A DNA stretch of 64,000 nucleotides, taken from the NCBI GenBank assembly GCA_030704615.1, contig CM060731.1, positions 23,188,001 to 23,252,000 of the forward strand, written 5' to 3'. Within the stretch, counting starts at the first letter, position 1. Each line of letters begins with the position of its first letter. The notes below the pieces were generated by a model that saw only the letters and a program-made list of their open reading frames with translations, searched no databases and was not told the origin of the DNA. Shown here in pieces: positions 49,201 to 61,500 of this stretch. A program made the position numbers and the translations under genes. Source of the DNA: Takakia lepidozioides. Lineage: Eukaryota; Plantae; Bryophyta.

Positions 49201-52200
49201 AAAGGATGTACTTTCACAGCTCCCTCAGAAGCGGCGCCAACAGGTTTCTTGCCCTCCATATTTTGTATGACATGGTTTTTCCTCGGGTTACATCACTTGG
49301 AGCTGGATCCTTTCAGTGGTTATTGACCTTCTTTGTCTGCCTCCCTTCTTGCTGCAGGTCTTTGTTGCTTTGGACGATAAGGGCACCAAACAAATGCGTG
49401 CTCTGTTTTATGAGGCATGCATTACTTCCTTCAACCATTTAGACCTATTTTATGCAGGGTTTACAACTCGCATTCTTCAAAGATAATGAACACTCGTTAA
49501 TCTTCCATTTGCACGGCTTGGTGCAGCATGTGTCTCAACTGGACCTGTAGACCCTCTTGCTCAATGAGTTTGTGTGTGTCTTTTTCTGTTTGGCTACCTA
49601 TCTGATTGTTTACTAGTGTGTTGTTTCTTATTGCTTTCTATCTATGAATGTGTAGATCAACCTGACTCCATGCACAGGGCTCTTGGCCTTATCTGGGGTG
49701 TGTGCCAGCTGGAAGCAATCAAAAGAAACATCAAGGGTTCTTCACAGGATGACTTCGACAAACTCAAGTATGCAGAAAAACAACTTGTCAACAAGGTTCA
49801 AGGGCTGCCCTTCCAAATGTGGTCGAGTATAACGGATAGTCTAGACTTACGTGATAGTCTCATGCAGGTTGTCCTGCATGAGGTCGAATCATCTGATCTG
49901 TGTTTGGATGCTTAGACCAGCACAATGAACTTTTTGGTGGACATAAAATAGAACATCTTGTTAGTGGGAATGGATACATTGAAGCTGGAATTTGAAATTT
50001 CAGATTTACACGGAATCGGCCATTGCCAAGCTGCCAGCCGTCCAGGATTATTTGATGACAATCCTTGAGGTGTGTGGCTACCTTATTCTGGAAAATCCAT
50101 GCAGTTGGTTTAATGGAAGACACTGATCTGTTGAGAAAATGTTTTGAACAGTATAAACATTGTTTAACAAGTGATTGACCTTACCCTCCTTTGATACTGG
50201 GGGGAAGGAACAACACAGCTTTGAAACCTCTGAGCAATGTCCTCCTGTAAACTGAGGAATGGTGGATATCGTCAGTCCAGGCACTCTATACTGAATTTGC
50301 ACACGTTTTATTTTTGATAGCCATCAACTATCAGCCTGGCTCGATGCAGCTGGCAAAGGTCAATAGGCCATAAGTGTAGCTTTGTACCAGTACACGCGTC
50401 TTCTTGAGGTCTATTATATGTATGAATGTCAAGCAATCCCTTTGCCATACCAGTGCTTTATGAGATTGTACTGTGGCAGGCGGATTGTAAATTCCTGATA
50501 TTTGCCCACCATCAAAGCATGCTGGATGGAATTCAGTCTGTGCTCATGGTAGGCAGGCTCTGTCACTTTCATTAGCTGAGCATTCTATGTCTTTCAACTT
50601 GGATTTTATAAGATTGTCATCGAAGTATTCAATGTAAAGATATATTCATGTTCTGAGAAGGTTGAGATTCTTCTTTGCAATTTAGGATGGCCCTATCAAT
50701 TTTCTGTCACTAGGTTGAAATGGCATGTGATTGGGAGCTGAGTGTCAGCTCTTACTAGTCAGGGTGGCATTGGCATGCAGTTAACCTAGCAACCTTATAA
50801 AGGCCTCCTCTCTCTTCTTTGGGAATGTATAAACCACAGAATACCTCTAATTTGCCCTTATTGACTGTTAGTCCATGAGCACTCCTGTGACAAACCAGAT
50901 ATTGCATACTCTATTTCTTGGTGCTTTTGTTTGAGGTGGCTCTTGCTGTAGGACATTGGTAGTAGTTGCTCAGAGCAGCACAGTGTTGGGGCCACTGTCT
51001 TGCTGCTGTTCGAATCAGGCTTTGACCAATATGGTGCTGCATTGTTGTGTAGAAGAAGAAGGTGGGATATATCCGCATCGATGGGGCCACCCCACAAGGA
51101 GCCCGACAAGCATTGGTTACCCGGTTTCAGGAGAATGACAGCATTCGGGCAGCAGTGGTATGCATGATGTAATTTCTGTGGGGTTAGCTGCAATTTGACC
51201 AGTTACTTCCTCTTTCATGGCAAATAATTCATAACTCAGAAGCATTTGCTTGCTTTGTGTAGCCAGTCATTCCTCTAAGGGGGGGATCTGTGATACAAAA
51301 TAAATTCAGGGAAGATGCTAGTACATATGCCCTAAAATTATTAGCTGAGAAACTAATGATGCCAGTGGCATCTTGATGATTGCAGCTTGGGATTCGAGCA
51401 GCAGGTGTGGGATTGACTTTGACAGCAGCGAGTACTGTCATCTTTGCCGAGATGTCCTGGACACCTGGGGATCTTGTTCAGGCAGAGGATCGCGCTCACC
51501 GTATTGGCCAGGTTAGCCTGTACCACAGCTATCTTGACTGGTTGGGTTTCTGTTTGACCTCCTCTTCACTATTATTTGGTAGTAAAATCTAAATTAATCA
51601 TGTGCTTACTTTCTGAGGGGAGAGCCTAGAGTTAGCACCATCCCCCCGTCAGCTCTGTTGTTGCCTGTGATCTGCTGTATTTGTCATTTGAGCCTGGTGA
51701 TCGCAGTAGAGGTGCATCTTAGATGTCAATTGCTAGAAATGGCTTTAGTGGACTAGACATGATTGCTTAACAAGAAATTTGGAAATTGGATTTACAGGAA
51801 TCTTCTGTCAATGTTTATTATCTTCATGCACATGAGACAATCGATGATATCATCTGGTACACCTTTATCTCGTAGAGCCTATAAAACTCACATCATGTCT
51901 GGTATGGAGAATTTCGTGTAGGTGGTTATGTTGGGGATTGCATGAAATGGCAAGTAGCACAATGAGATGTAAGTAATGTGACTGTGCGTGGTAGGGTGGT
52001 AGTGAGGTGCCATTACATTCTAGAATGGTGAAAAGCTCCGCCTATGTGAAATTCTCATTTTGTTCCTGATGTATGGTGATATTACAGGGACACCGTACAG
52101 AACAAACTGGAGAGTCTAAGCCAGGTCTCACCTCTAGTCCCTTGCCATCTAATGTAGACATTAAAGCAGTCTGGATGTTGACTCACATCCAGTTCCATGG

Positions 52201-53001
52201 ATGTCTTCACACTGGCAATTACTCCATGTCCCCTGCTCTCTCGGCTAGTCCATTAAATGCCATTCCTATTCATTTGCAAGATTGAGAAGCTTGACTTTGG
52301 TGCTTTATCAGTGAAATATGCACCACATGTTTGCATCATACTTAGAATGTGTACTAACCCTCTATCATGCCGGCAGCTCTTCTCTTTCAATCTGTGGGGA
52401 CAGTCCTACAACAGCTATTGCTTCTTGCCTTTGGGGGTCCTGCTGGTTTTGGGAAAGATCAGAATGGCAGTTGTCATCTCCAAGGTAGAGAGAGAAGCTC
52501 ACGTAAACCAATGAACACTGGCAGGTGCTAGATGGCCGAGAAGATGTGTTGCATGTGGCTGCTGCTCCTCACCATCTGCTGCCCCAGGGACAGTCCACCT
52601 TGGACTCCTTCCTGCGTACTGGTCCATTGGAATCACTGGAAGATGATGCTCCCCAGCCCCATCTCCATATGCCTCAGGTGCACTCCACCTTGGACTCCTT
52701 CCCATTGGAATCACAGGAAGACTACAGAGGCTTAGAGCACTGTTCTCAATGGGGAGCCATGCCCACGGCTATGCCTGGCCAGCCTGCACTTCTATCTGGA
52801 TATGGTCCTACTTCTGGTGGGTACTCGTCTTGCGCCGCAACACGTCACCTTCCTGAAGAACTCGTTCAAAGTGGGGCAACGGATGAGGAACTAGAGTGCC
52901 TTCAGTTGGCAACCTTGGGAAAGAGATACTCTTCTGAAGCAGGTTCTGCTGGCACTGGCAGCTCAAGCCAGGGAAAAAGGAAAAAACTTTGGGGTATTTG
53001 A
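40291..53001 (+). CDS. SMARCAL1: SMARCAL1/CHR18-like SWI/SNF annealing helicase, about 30 exons
   Basis: Exons encode [82 protein letters not shown] and [21 protein letters not shown] 40291, stop 53001. Confidence 0.95.
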
Positions 53002-53920
53002 CCTCTCTCACCTGGAGAAACTCTTTTTTCGATGTACAAATTCCATGTGGGCTGTTGCAGTTGCCTGGTTCTCCTTTTTCAAAACTCGTCTTATGAGAAG
53101 CCATCGTGGGGCCTCCTTCTGTAGCCTGCTAGAGGTGACCTACTGGCTTTCTGTCAATGGCCTGAAAGCTGGACCATACTTGGATAGGGGTACCACCAGG
53201 CTTCGCTTAAGCAAAATAAGCCCATAGTAGCTTAAGCCGAAAAAAAAGGAGAGTCAGCAGGCATGGCTCCAGGCACCAATGTAAGTTATGGCCTGTGTAA
53301 GGTCGTCTGGTCACTCTGGTGTATAAATGATCTCCCTCCCATCTATCTTGGTTGTGAAGTGCTACTCGGTTGCACCCTCTCAAAAACCAAGTGTTGAAAG
53401 TTGTTTTGCAAGGAACAATGTTTACACATGTGCATTAGGAAGCATAACCCATCTGCAGGTTAGCTTGATAACTGAATTGCAGTACTTAGGTCCTTGCCTG
53501 GTATGCCAAAATTCAGATGAATCCAACCGTTTGGTGAAAATGGTCCTTCATAGTTGTTTGCAGGGGGTTCAAACTACTGAAACTACCAAGGAGCTGCAAA
53601 ATCCTAGGCTGTCTCCAAAGTAGGCCATCCCGAAACTTGAAATTGCACAAATCCGTCGACTAGAAACAAACAAACAACAGTCTTTATGTCGGTTTTGTTT
53701 GTGGTAGAATAACAAGGTGGGCTTATTTAAATCCTTTCAAAGTTTTGTGTGCGCCACCGTTTTAAGAGCTGCAAGAAACATTTGTATTCATTTTGCCTGT
53801 GCTTAGCACTGCAGTAGTAAATTCTGCTCCAAATCTGATGTCAATGAAAAAAAAGGCCAACGAAGAGATGTTGCACGCCAAGCAGAAACGATGAATCATA
53901 ACCTGGAGCAATGGTGACGG

Positions 53921-54107
53921 TCTTGCGCGGTGCAAACTCAGACTGGGGCAAGAATTTGCTCAGCTGTCCATGAACTGCCTGGCTGTAGCATAACTGGCTC
54001 CAGCTTGGCATTCTCTTGCGCGGTGCAAACTCAGACCGGGGCAAGAATTTGCTCAGCTGTCCATGAGCTGCCTGGCTGTAGCATAACTGGTTCCAGCTTG
54101 GCATTCT
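53921..54107. repeat. 93-bp tandem duplication spanning the 3' end and stop codon of the epimerase gene
   Basis: 53921-54013 and 54014-54107 are nearly identical. Confidence 0.95.
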
Positions 54108-55119
54108 CAACGCAAACAAAATCCTTGTAACAAGCTTCCATTGACAAATGTGGATTCCAGAGCACTCCATCAGTCCATCCATTGTTGCTGATGGAAATAG
54201 TCGTGCCAAGTCCATTGTCTAGTATCACCTTGTTGGGGGTTTGGACGTACATACTGTCCACAAATCCTGGAAAAGTGACAGTTTCCCTTTCTTCTACTCC
54301 CTCGATAGGGTTCTTTGGATCAGACAATGACTTGTTAAGAACCTTGCAGCCTCTAAGGCCTTTCACTGTTACGTCAGAAATAGCTGCCCGAAAATATGTA
54401 TGGAGAGCTGTGGTGAATGAGAATGGCTTATCATCTGTATTTTTCACCACCAGCTCTGTGGTTAGTTGGGAGGGCCACAACACAATCTTAAAAGAGGCCA
54501 CAAAATTGTAATCCCACATGGCCTGACTGTAGCTGCTGGGCTTCAGCTCCAAAATGAGGGTTGCGCTCTCTGTGTCTCCATGTGTGCTTGCAATCTCCCA
54601 TGACACATTCCGGGCAAATCCATGCTGCTGGATAGCTCCAGGGCCAAATTGGGGGAAGCAATGAGGAATGCCTCCACTTATGGGCTTTTGGCCAGTAAAG
54701 ACAGCATCTGGCCTCACAAACAACAAGTCCTTGCCATCACTTGTCTTCCAGGATGTGGTAACACCCCCAAACAAATAAACCTCTGCCTCACTACCATTTG
54801 AAGTTGAAAGTACAACTTTGGGAAGCCCACCCTCTCCACTCTCCACTTTCACGCCCTTGGTTCCAAATTGCTGGTTCAAGCTGTCGGCTTCAGCTGTAGC
54901 CCCAACGGCCTGTGAAGCCCGGGTGCGAGCAGAAGTAGCCGTCGGCCTGGATCGCCGTGTGTGATGGGCCAGAAAAATGGCAGAGTCACAGTGAAATGAG
55001 GTCTTTTTCCACACCAACCCGCACTTCCCTGGCAATGCAGCCTTCCCACAGTCAGCCGGTGCTTGAATATTTGAGGAACACAAGTGCGACACCACGGGAG
55101 AGGCCATAAGCTTAGCCAT
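54031..55119 (-). CDS. Plastid aldose 1-epimerase family protein (putative glucose-6-phosphate 1-epimerase), intronless
   Basis: GGIPHCFPQFG, HGFARN, FTTALHTYF, VLWNP and FVCVE motifs, with a transit-peptide-like N-terminus. Confidence 0.92.
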   Translation of the reverse strand: MAKLMASPVVSHLCSSNIQAPADCGKAALPGKCGLVWKKTSFHCDSAIFLAHHTRRSRPTATSARTRASQAVGATAEADSLNQQFGTKGVKVESGEGGLPKVVLSTSNGSEAEVYLFGGVTTSWKTSDGKDLLFVRPDAVFTGQKPISGGIPHCFPQFGPGAIQQHGFARNVSWEIASTHGDTESATLILELKPSSYSQAMWDYNFVASFKIVLWPSQLTTELVVKNTDDKPFSFTTALHTYFRAAISDVTVKGLRGCKVLNKSLSDPKNPIEGVEERETVTFPGFVDSMYVQTPNKVILDNGLGTTISISNNGWTDGVLWNPHLSMEACYKDFVCVENAKLEPVMLQPGSSWTAEQILAPV

Positions 55120-55989
55120 CGCTGATCCCTCTCCTCTTGTGTGTCTTCTCGATCTTGTCTGTCACTGTGAGGGCCACAAGGAGCATATCCCTGGGCTCGC
55201 CATCCATTCATCGGTATTGTCATACTTTCATTTATATTAAGTTCGGAGAGAACTACGTTTACCCAACGAGTTTAAGGCAAGCCTGTGAGGTGGTGGGAGG
55301 CTCCCTGCCCTGCCAGTCAAATCTCTCCCCATTGGGAAGGTGGGGAGCGGCACCTCCTGTTCCTCATGCTCCCCACCTTTAGGACCATGTTCTCAAACAT
55401 TCTCCAGTTGTGCTCTCATGTTCTCGGTTCCCGCTCCCCTGTCCCCGCTCCCCCATCCTCGCCCCCCATAGTGGGACAGGGGAGCGGGGTGCTCTCATGT
55501 TCTCAGTCCCCGCTCCCATGTCCCCGCTCCCCCATCCCTGCCCCCCATAGTGGGACAGGGGAGCAGGGATCAGGAACAGGGGAGCAAACCGCGTTGCATA
55601 GGGCGAGAACTTAGAGCGTCTTCCATGTGGGAGGAGCCCGGCCCGCAAAAAAAGGAGTTTGCCGGGTGCTAAAAACAAATGGTCGGGTTCCCTTGAGCAT
55701 TTCTAATGTCATGTGGAGCTCGGCGGCCGCGTGATCGTTTTGGACTTTAGCGTGACGTGGTAGAGGACACCACTAGGTAACCGGTTGAACATATTTTGGC
55801 GCGAAGAAGTTGTGCGCATACGAAAGATTTCGTCTCACTACGAATAACGTGGGATAGCTTGGCTGCCATGGCGATGGGTGAAGGTTGGCGCCTGCATAAT
55901 AAGGAGACTAACAGTGAAACAGAGTGTTATGCAGAATAATCTATAGGGTATAGAGCGCCACAAAGGTTAGTTCTAGGACGAGTTTACAA

Positions 55990-56464
55990 ACATGGAAAAT
56001 GGACTCTGCCTGAGACGATGACGTTGGTAGAGTACAAACGGGTAGATTGGGAGAAACATGGACCTGGAGCAAACATGCGAGCTTTGATGGCCACGACTGC
56101 TGAAAGATGGGCAGTCATGGAGGAGGAGATGGTGAAGCGTGGAGTGTTACGATCCAAAAACCAATGTCAGGAAAAATGGGAGCAACTATCATCTGATTTC
56201 AAGAAGGTGTTTGATTATGAAAGATGTATTCCGTCTGGCTGTCAAAGCTACTTTCAGATGAGTCCTCAAGAGAGGAATGAGAGCAGAACCCCGAAATTTC
56301 CAAAAGCCATGCTTGATGAGACAGTGTACAAACGTCAATGGTTTCCTCTCAAATCGCAAGCTGTTGATCCAGGCAACCTACCTATCGACACATCATCAAG
56401 GAGACCATCAAGTAGAGGTGCATTCATCTTCAACCTAGCTTCAATTAACCTTCACATAAGGTAG
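55990..56464 (+). pseudogene. Harbinger Myb/SANT (trihelix-like) DNA-binding protein
   Basis: KWT..ETMTL...RWAVMEEEMVKRGVLRSKNQCQEKWEQLSSDFKKVFDYE. Confidence 0.8.
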
Positions 56465-57220
56465 TAACACCTAAATGTGTGCATTTAATGAGTGTGATTT
56501 ATACAAGAGGTGCACTAAGGAGATAATGGTACCATTCGATTAGCAATACAGCAACAACAGGGCCTCATATGAATTACAAATTTTTTGATGCAAGAGGCCA
56601 TTTCATATGAATTATCAAAGTCTGAATGCAGATTTGCCTATGTGTGTGGGGTAGACCCAACTAATTCACACCCAAAATATATCTAATGCAAAGACTGCAA
56701 CTGCCTCACATGCACAAGTGCTGCATCTAAAAATGTGCCCTCTTTAAGCAATTCATAACTTCCTAGATACTTGCCCATGACCTGGCCTCCATGACCTGGC
56801 CTCCATTCTATAGTGGGTATTCAATGCATCAAAAGTCAAACCAGTGATGGTCTTAAAACTGACCACCAACAAATCATATCCGGCCAAAGAGATTTGGCTA
56901 TATGATTTGGCTATATGTGCAACGCGGGTCTCAAAACTAACAAGTGTTTTTCTTTCTGGCGAAAAATAGCCAAATTTCGACCTGGAAACTACGTCAGCTA
57001 CTTGTACAAAGGAATTATGGGGGGTAAAATCTGACTTGTTCACCAAAAAGCAGCAGCAGATAAATTTCGGGGGCCTAATCTTGCCAACGTGGACTAGTTA
57101 AAACGTGACACCTGGAATATAGCCACTTTTATTCTCGCCACATGGGCATTGGGTAGAATTCACAAGTGGCCCCGCCTGCGATTTTAGAAATATGAAAAAA
57201 AAAACACTGAAACTAACTAA

Positions 57221-57362
57221 CTTCCAAATCAACCGTTGATCAGAGACATTCTCAAAATTGACTACCTTCCAAATCAACCATTGATCAGAGACAGTCTCAA
57301 AATTGACTACCTTCCAAATCAACCGTTGATCAGAGACATTCTCAAAACCCTTCCAAATCAAC
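57221..57362. repeat. 45-bp tandem repeat, about 3 copies
   Basis: cttccaaatcaacc(g/a)ttgatcagagaca(t/g)tctcaaaattgactac at 57221, 57266 and 57311. Confidence 0.9.
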
Positions 57363-57479
57363 TATGACAAAAGAGATTCACAAAAGACATCAACATGGGT
57401 CCGGGCATTAGGGCCTTCAACCAACCCCTTAGATCCATGGTCGTCTTACTGCATGCAGATAAGATCATTTAGAAGTTCA

Positions 57480-60388
57480 TATTACATGGTTGTAGTGGGC
57501 TTAAGTTCATATTACGCGGTTGCAGTGGGATTCTTGTCACGGCAGGGGTAGTGGCAGACCATGAGGTGGGTAGTGTTCTCGCCACAGGCCTTGGCACTAC
57601 GCCGCTCCATGGCGATGCGTTGATTGTACCTGCATATGGGTGGAACATTGCCGCAGTAAGGCGCCAGGTACCCGTTAGTGGGAATGGGGTGATTGTTTTT
57701 TATTGCAGAATGCAAACGATCACCTGCCCGCTACACACGCCTTGGTGCTCCAAATCGCATCGAAAGCCTTGTTTTGGGCTCGCTCTTGTTGTCAGAATCG
57801 TTTTTGGGTTGCCGCCTCTTCCCGCTCAACAACTCGTTTCACCTTGGCAGCCATTTGCTCTTCCTTCTTCCGTTCACGTGCTTGGGTAGCCATTTCTTTG
57901 AGCCTGGCCTTATGTTCTAGTGCAGCTAAGTAGGTATCTGAAGTCATCATAATGGATTTACTATAATCTATAATTGGTTCATTTTCATTTCTGATCTGCG
58001 TGTGTGTGCTTGCAGGTGCTTCTGGAGAACAAAGAACCGGGAGATGGTAGATGGACGTCCATCTGACGTCGGTGAAGGCACCACAGCTACTCCCTCGATC
58101 GTATCCACCTGACCAGACTCCTCCACGCTGCCACCTTGAATCGGCTATTCATGTTCATTGTCACTACATTCTATTTCGACGAAGTAGTGGTGATGGTCTT
58201 CTCGGATCTCAGGTATAAAATTGCCCAAGATCTCCTCCACGTGCAATTCAACAAACCCGTGTTCGACCTCCTGATCTGCTGCATTGTTGTCCTGGACTGT
58301 GGCATGTGAATTTGCTGCAGCTTGTGGTGGTGTTGGCATGGTCTGCTCCTGTCGTTCGGGCTGCGTAAATGCATTGCTAGGGCCCATCTTTCCTTCCATC
58401 GCATGTGAATTAAGGGGCCAAATGCTTGTGGACTGGAACCCCTTGGCTATGTTTTGATGTGTAAGTGCAGTCTTCAAGGCCAGGCTGACCCACTGAGCCA
58501 AGTCCTCCTTTTGGGCCCCCTTTCCTTTGTGAACCATGCCCAAACGTCCATGTACTTTCTGAATGCAGTTTTAGAAAGGCTTGAACACGACCACATCAAG
58601 GGGCTGCAATGCATGTGAGGTGTGAGAGGGAAGGGTGATCAGATCTAGACCTGCCGATCTTGTTTGTCTAACCACATCCATAGTGACATGTGAATTATGA
58701 CCATCAAGGATCAATAAATGTCGATTTGTCACACTGACCTCATTGCCCATGGCCTTTGCTGATTCTAGGAAATGAGAAATCCACTTGCTAAATAGTATGT
58801 CAGTCATCCAAGCTTTCTTTTGCATTGCCATCGTTGCTTCCGACTCGCATCTTGCAATGTAGTTCCTACTGAATCGTTTTCCCTTGAATATATAAAAGTT
58901 GGGTACGTGACCACCCGCTGCATTCATGCAGGTTAGTACGCTGAGCCACTCTCGTTGGTCTAGCATAATGGAATGTACAGCTTTTGTTCCAGTTTTGGCA
59001 AGCACCACAGCTCCACCATTCCGTCCAGCTTGGCAGCCCGATTCATCACAGTTCCAGATCTTGCAAGCATCATAGTTAAACTTGGTATAGATCAACTCTA
59101 GGTTGGTGTAGAAAGATTGAACGTTCTCAGGGCAAAGTCCTCTAGCCCTCCCAATCTCCAGCCCTTGAGCCACCCTAAGCTCAAATGTGGATGCCTCTTC
59201 CTGAACCATCTGACCCAACCCCAGCCTAGTATTCCTGGCTTGAATGGTGTCAATCGCTCCTGCTTTATTTCAGCAACTTTCAACCGTAACTGTGTGAGTG
59301 TAAGGGGATGTCCGATCTCCTGCATTCTTTCTATGTATTTCACCAGCTCGGCTTCTTCAACAATATCTAACGTGCCCTTTGTACCCCTCTGCCGTGTTGT
59401 TGTCACACCATATACATGATTTCACAAACTAGATGCAGGTATTCCAAAAGACTTGGTGGCTGCTAGCAGGTGCTCCCCTCGATCAACCGCTGCCACAGCA
59501 CCAGCAAGTGCCTGATCTGACCAGTTTCCATTTTTCCTCTTCCTTGGAGCTGCTCGCTTGGGACGGCCACCCCAATTTCGAGTAGGTGCGAGTGTTGCGT
59601 TGTCATTAGAGTTGGGTGGTTCCGGTACATCGTGTTCAGCCACTCTAGATGGGATCAGATCTTGTATGTTAGCATCAGCGTTAGTATTAAGACCTTGCCC
59701 AACATTGAATTCATGTACACTACTCCACGGATCTTGGGCCCATTGGAAATTTTGATCACCATCTTCACTTTCAGTCTTATCATCATGTGAATGCCTATCA
59801 TTGTAATTGTCTGAATCATGCTTTGAATCAGGCTCTGAATCGCTGGAATGACTATCAAGATGAACAATGTTGCTCGCTCCATCTACCTCACTATCAGGAA
59901 GCAACCTGAATGCCTGAGAAGGCCTATAATTCAAGTCCATGACCATGAGTGCACTCAAAATCCCCCTTTGCCTCTCCTAGTTGACTTGAACACTATAGCA
60001 GGCAACACAAATCTAAAGATACTCGACTTACATTTCGTTGATAAGTAAGATGACTGTAGATCTGATACAAAGTGAGCAGCCAGCCAAAGTGAGCAGTGCG
60101 CCCCGTGCATGTATATCAGCGCTTGATTGAGTTCAAATCGATTGAGTTCAAAATTTGAACTGCGCGGCCACTTTCTGCAAATGAACTAGCCATCGTCCCG
60201 TATTGAAAACAAAAACTGCCCCTTAAGTGCGCAGCCCCTTTCTTTAAATGAACCAGCCGTCGTCTAGTATTGAAAACAATAATGCCCCAACTCTGTGGTG
60301 GGATTAATTGGTAGATCATAAATTATGTGCAAATCGTGCTTAGTGTAATCTGGCAGCTTCACTGATAACCATGCAATTACAAATACGG
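57480..60388 (-). mobile_element. Pogo/Tigger-like (Tc1-mariner) transposon with frameshifted psq-HTH / CENP-B HTH / DDE_1 transposase
   Basis: WSDQALAGAVAAV..ATKSFGIPASSL, EEAELVKYI..GWGWVRWFRKRHP, IWNCDESG, LLILDGHNSH and LPSHTSHALQPLDV. One terminus TA|CCGTATTT at 60388. The other terminus was not located, so the left coordinate is approximate. Confidence 0.9.
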
Positions 60389-60390
60389 TA

Positions 60391-61500
60391 AGTATATCAA
60401 TGCGTTGATACTGGGTCACCAAACTACCATAACTGTAGGCAATTATGGCCTTTGGTGGTTCCTAAACAAACCAATGAAATCTGTTGATCCAGTCAAGGTC
60501 ATCAGTTGTCACCTTTACGTACAAAAATAGGGCTCCGTTCATGGTCATGCACACATTTGGGTGTTACTACCTTAGCTTCAATGCAAATGAACAAGATTTC
60601 TACTATTTCTGGGCTATTTCCTCCATAAACACCTTGAATGGTACCTAAACATGTCCAATTGCCGTGTGCCATGGCATTCTAGATTGCCAACAAGTAGCAT
60701 CATGCACCTACCAATATCTTTTAGGCTTCTGAATTTTTTTTCCAGATTTTCAATTGGCCCCCCAAGCGGTGGTATCAAAAGGTGGAGTTTCAAGAGTGTT
60801 TCCTCCTTGAACACCTTGAATGGTACCTAAACATAACCATTTGTAGTGTAACATGGCATTCTAGATTGCTAACAACTATCATCATGCACATTGGGGAATG
60901 CCATGCCAATTTTCAAACTCCACCTTCACGCGAGCCAATTCCTCACCCTTAAGTGTAAGTGTTCTGGCATAGCTCTCTCAAGCAAACATTTGATGAACCT
61001 TCCACAAACCTTGGCACATGTTGAGTCAGCAACCCCAAACATTTCTCCTATTGTCATGAATGAATCTCATGTAGCAAGTCTACGTCTTAAGGCCATTGCA
61101 ACCTGCTTTGGAATTTCCATCCATTGATCAGCGATTGTTCTCAAACCTGGAGGAGGTTTCTTCTCCATATCGGAAGCAACCAAACTGCAAATGTATTCAA
61201 ATGTGGGAACAGAGACACGGAGAAACTTACTAAACTGGCTAGGATCGTCTTTTATGACAAGATTTGAATATTGTTCCCACCAGTGAATTGATCGGCTTGA
61301 TGTACCATGGGCCAAGTTCAACACCAAGGATTTCTATCTTTGTCGCCTTGTTCACAAGAACTGCATATGCCAGTTCATCCTGGTCCTGCATTCCACTCAA
61401 CAGTGGATCTAAACTTTCTATATTTCTTCTCTTCTTCAATCCCCTTGTACCAAAAATGTGAGAGACCAATTTTCTCTCGTTCACAGTTTGTGTGGTGCCC
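60391..61500 (-). pseudogene. Harbinger (HARBI1-like) DDE transposase remnant
   Basis: FSKFLRVSVPTFEYICSLV, IPKQVAMALRRLAT, IGEMFGVADST. Interrupted by the pogo element at 60388. Confidence 0.8.

Noticed and set aside
60627-60890. ~80-bp duplicated segment inside the Harbinger transposase remnant
   Set aside because: Real, but appears to be ordinary decay or rearrangement within a dead transposase.
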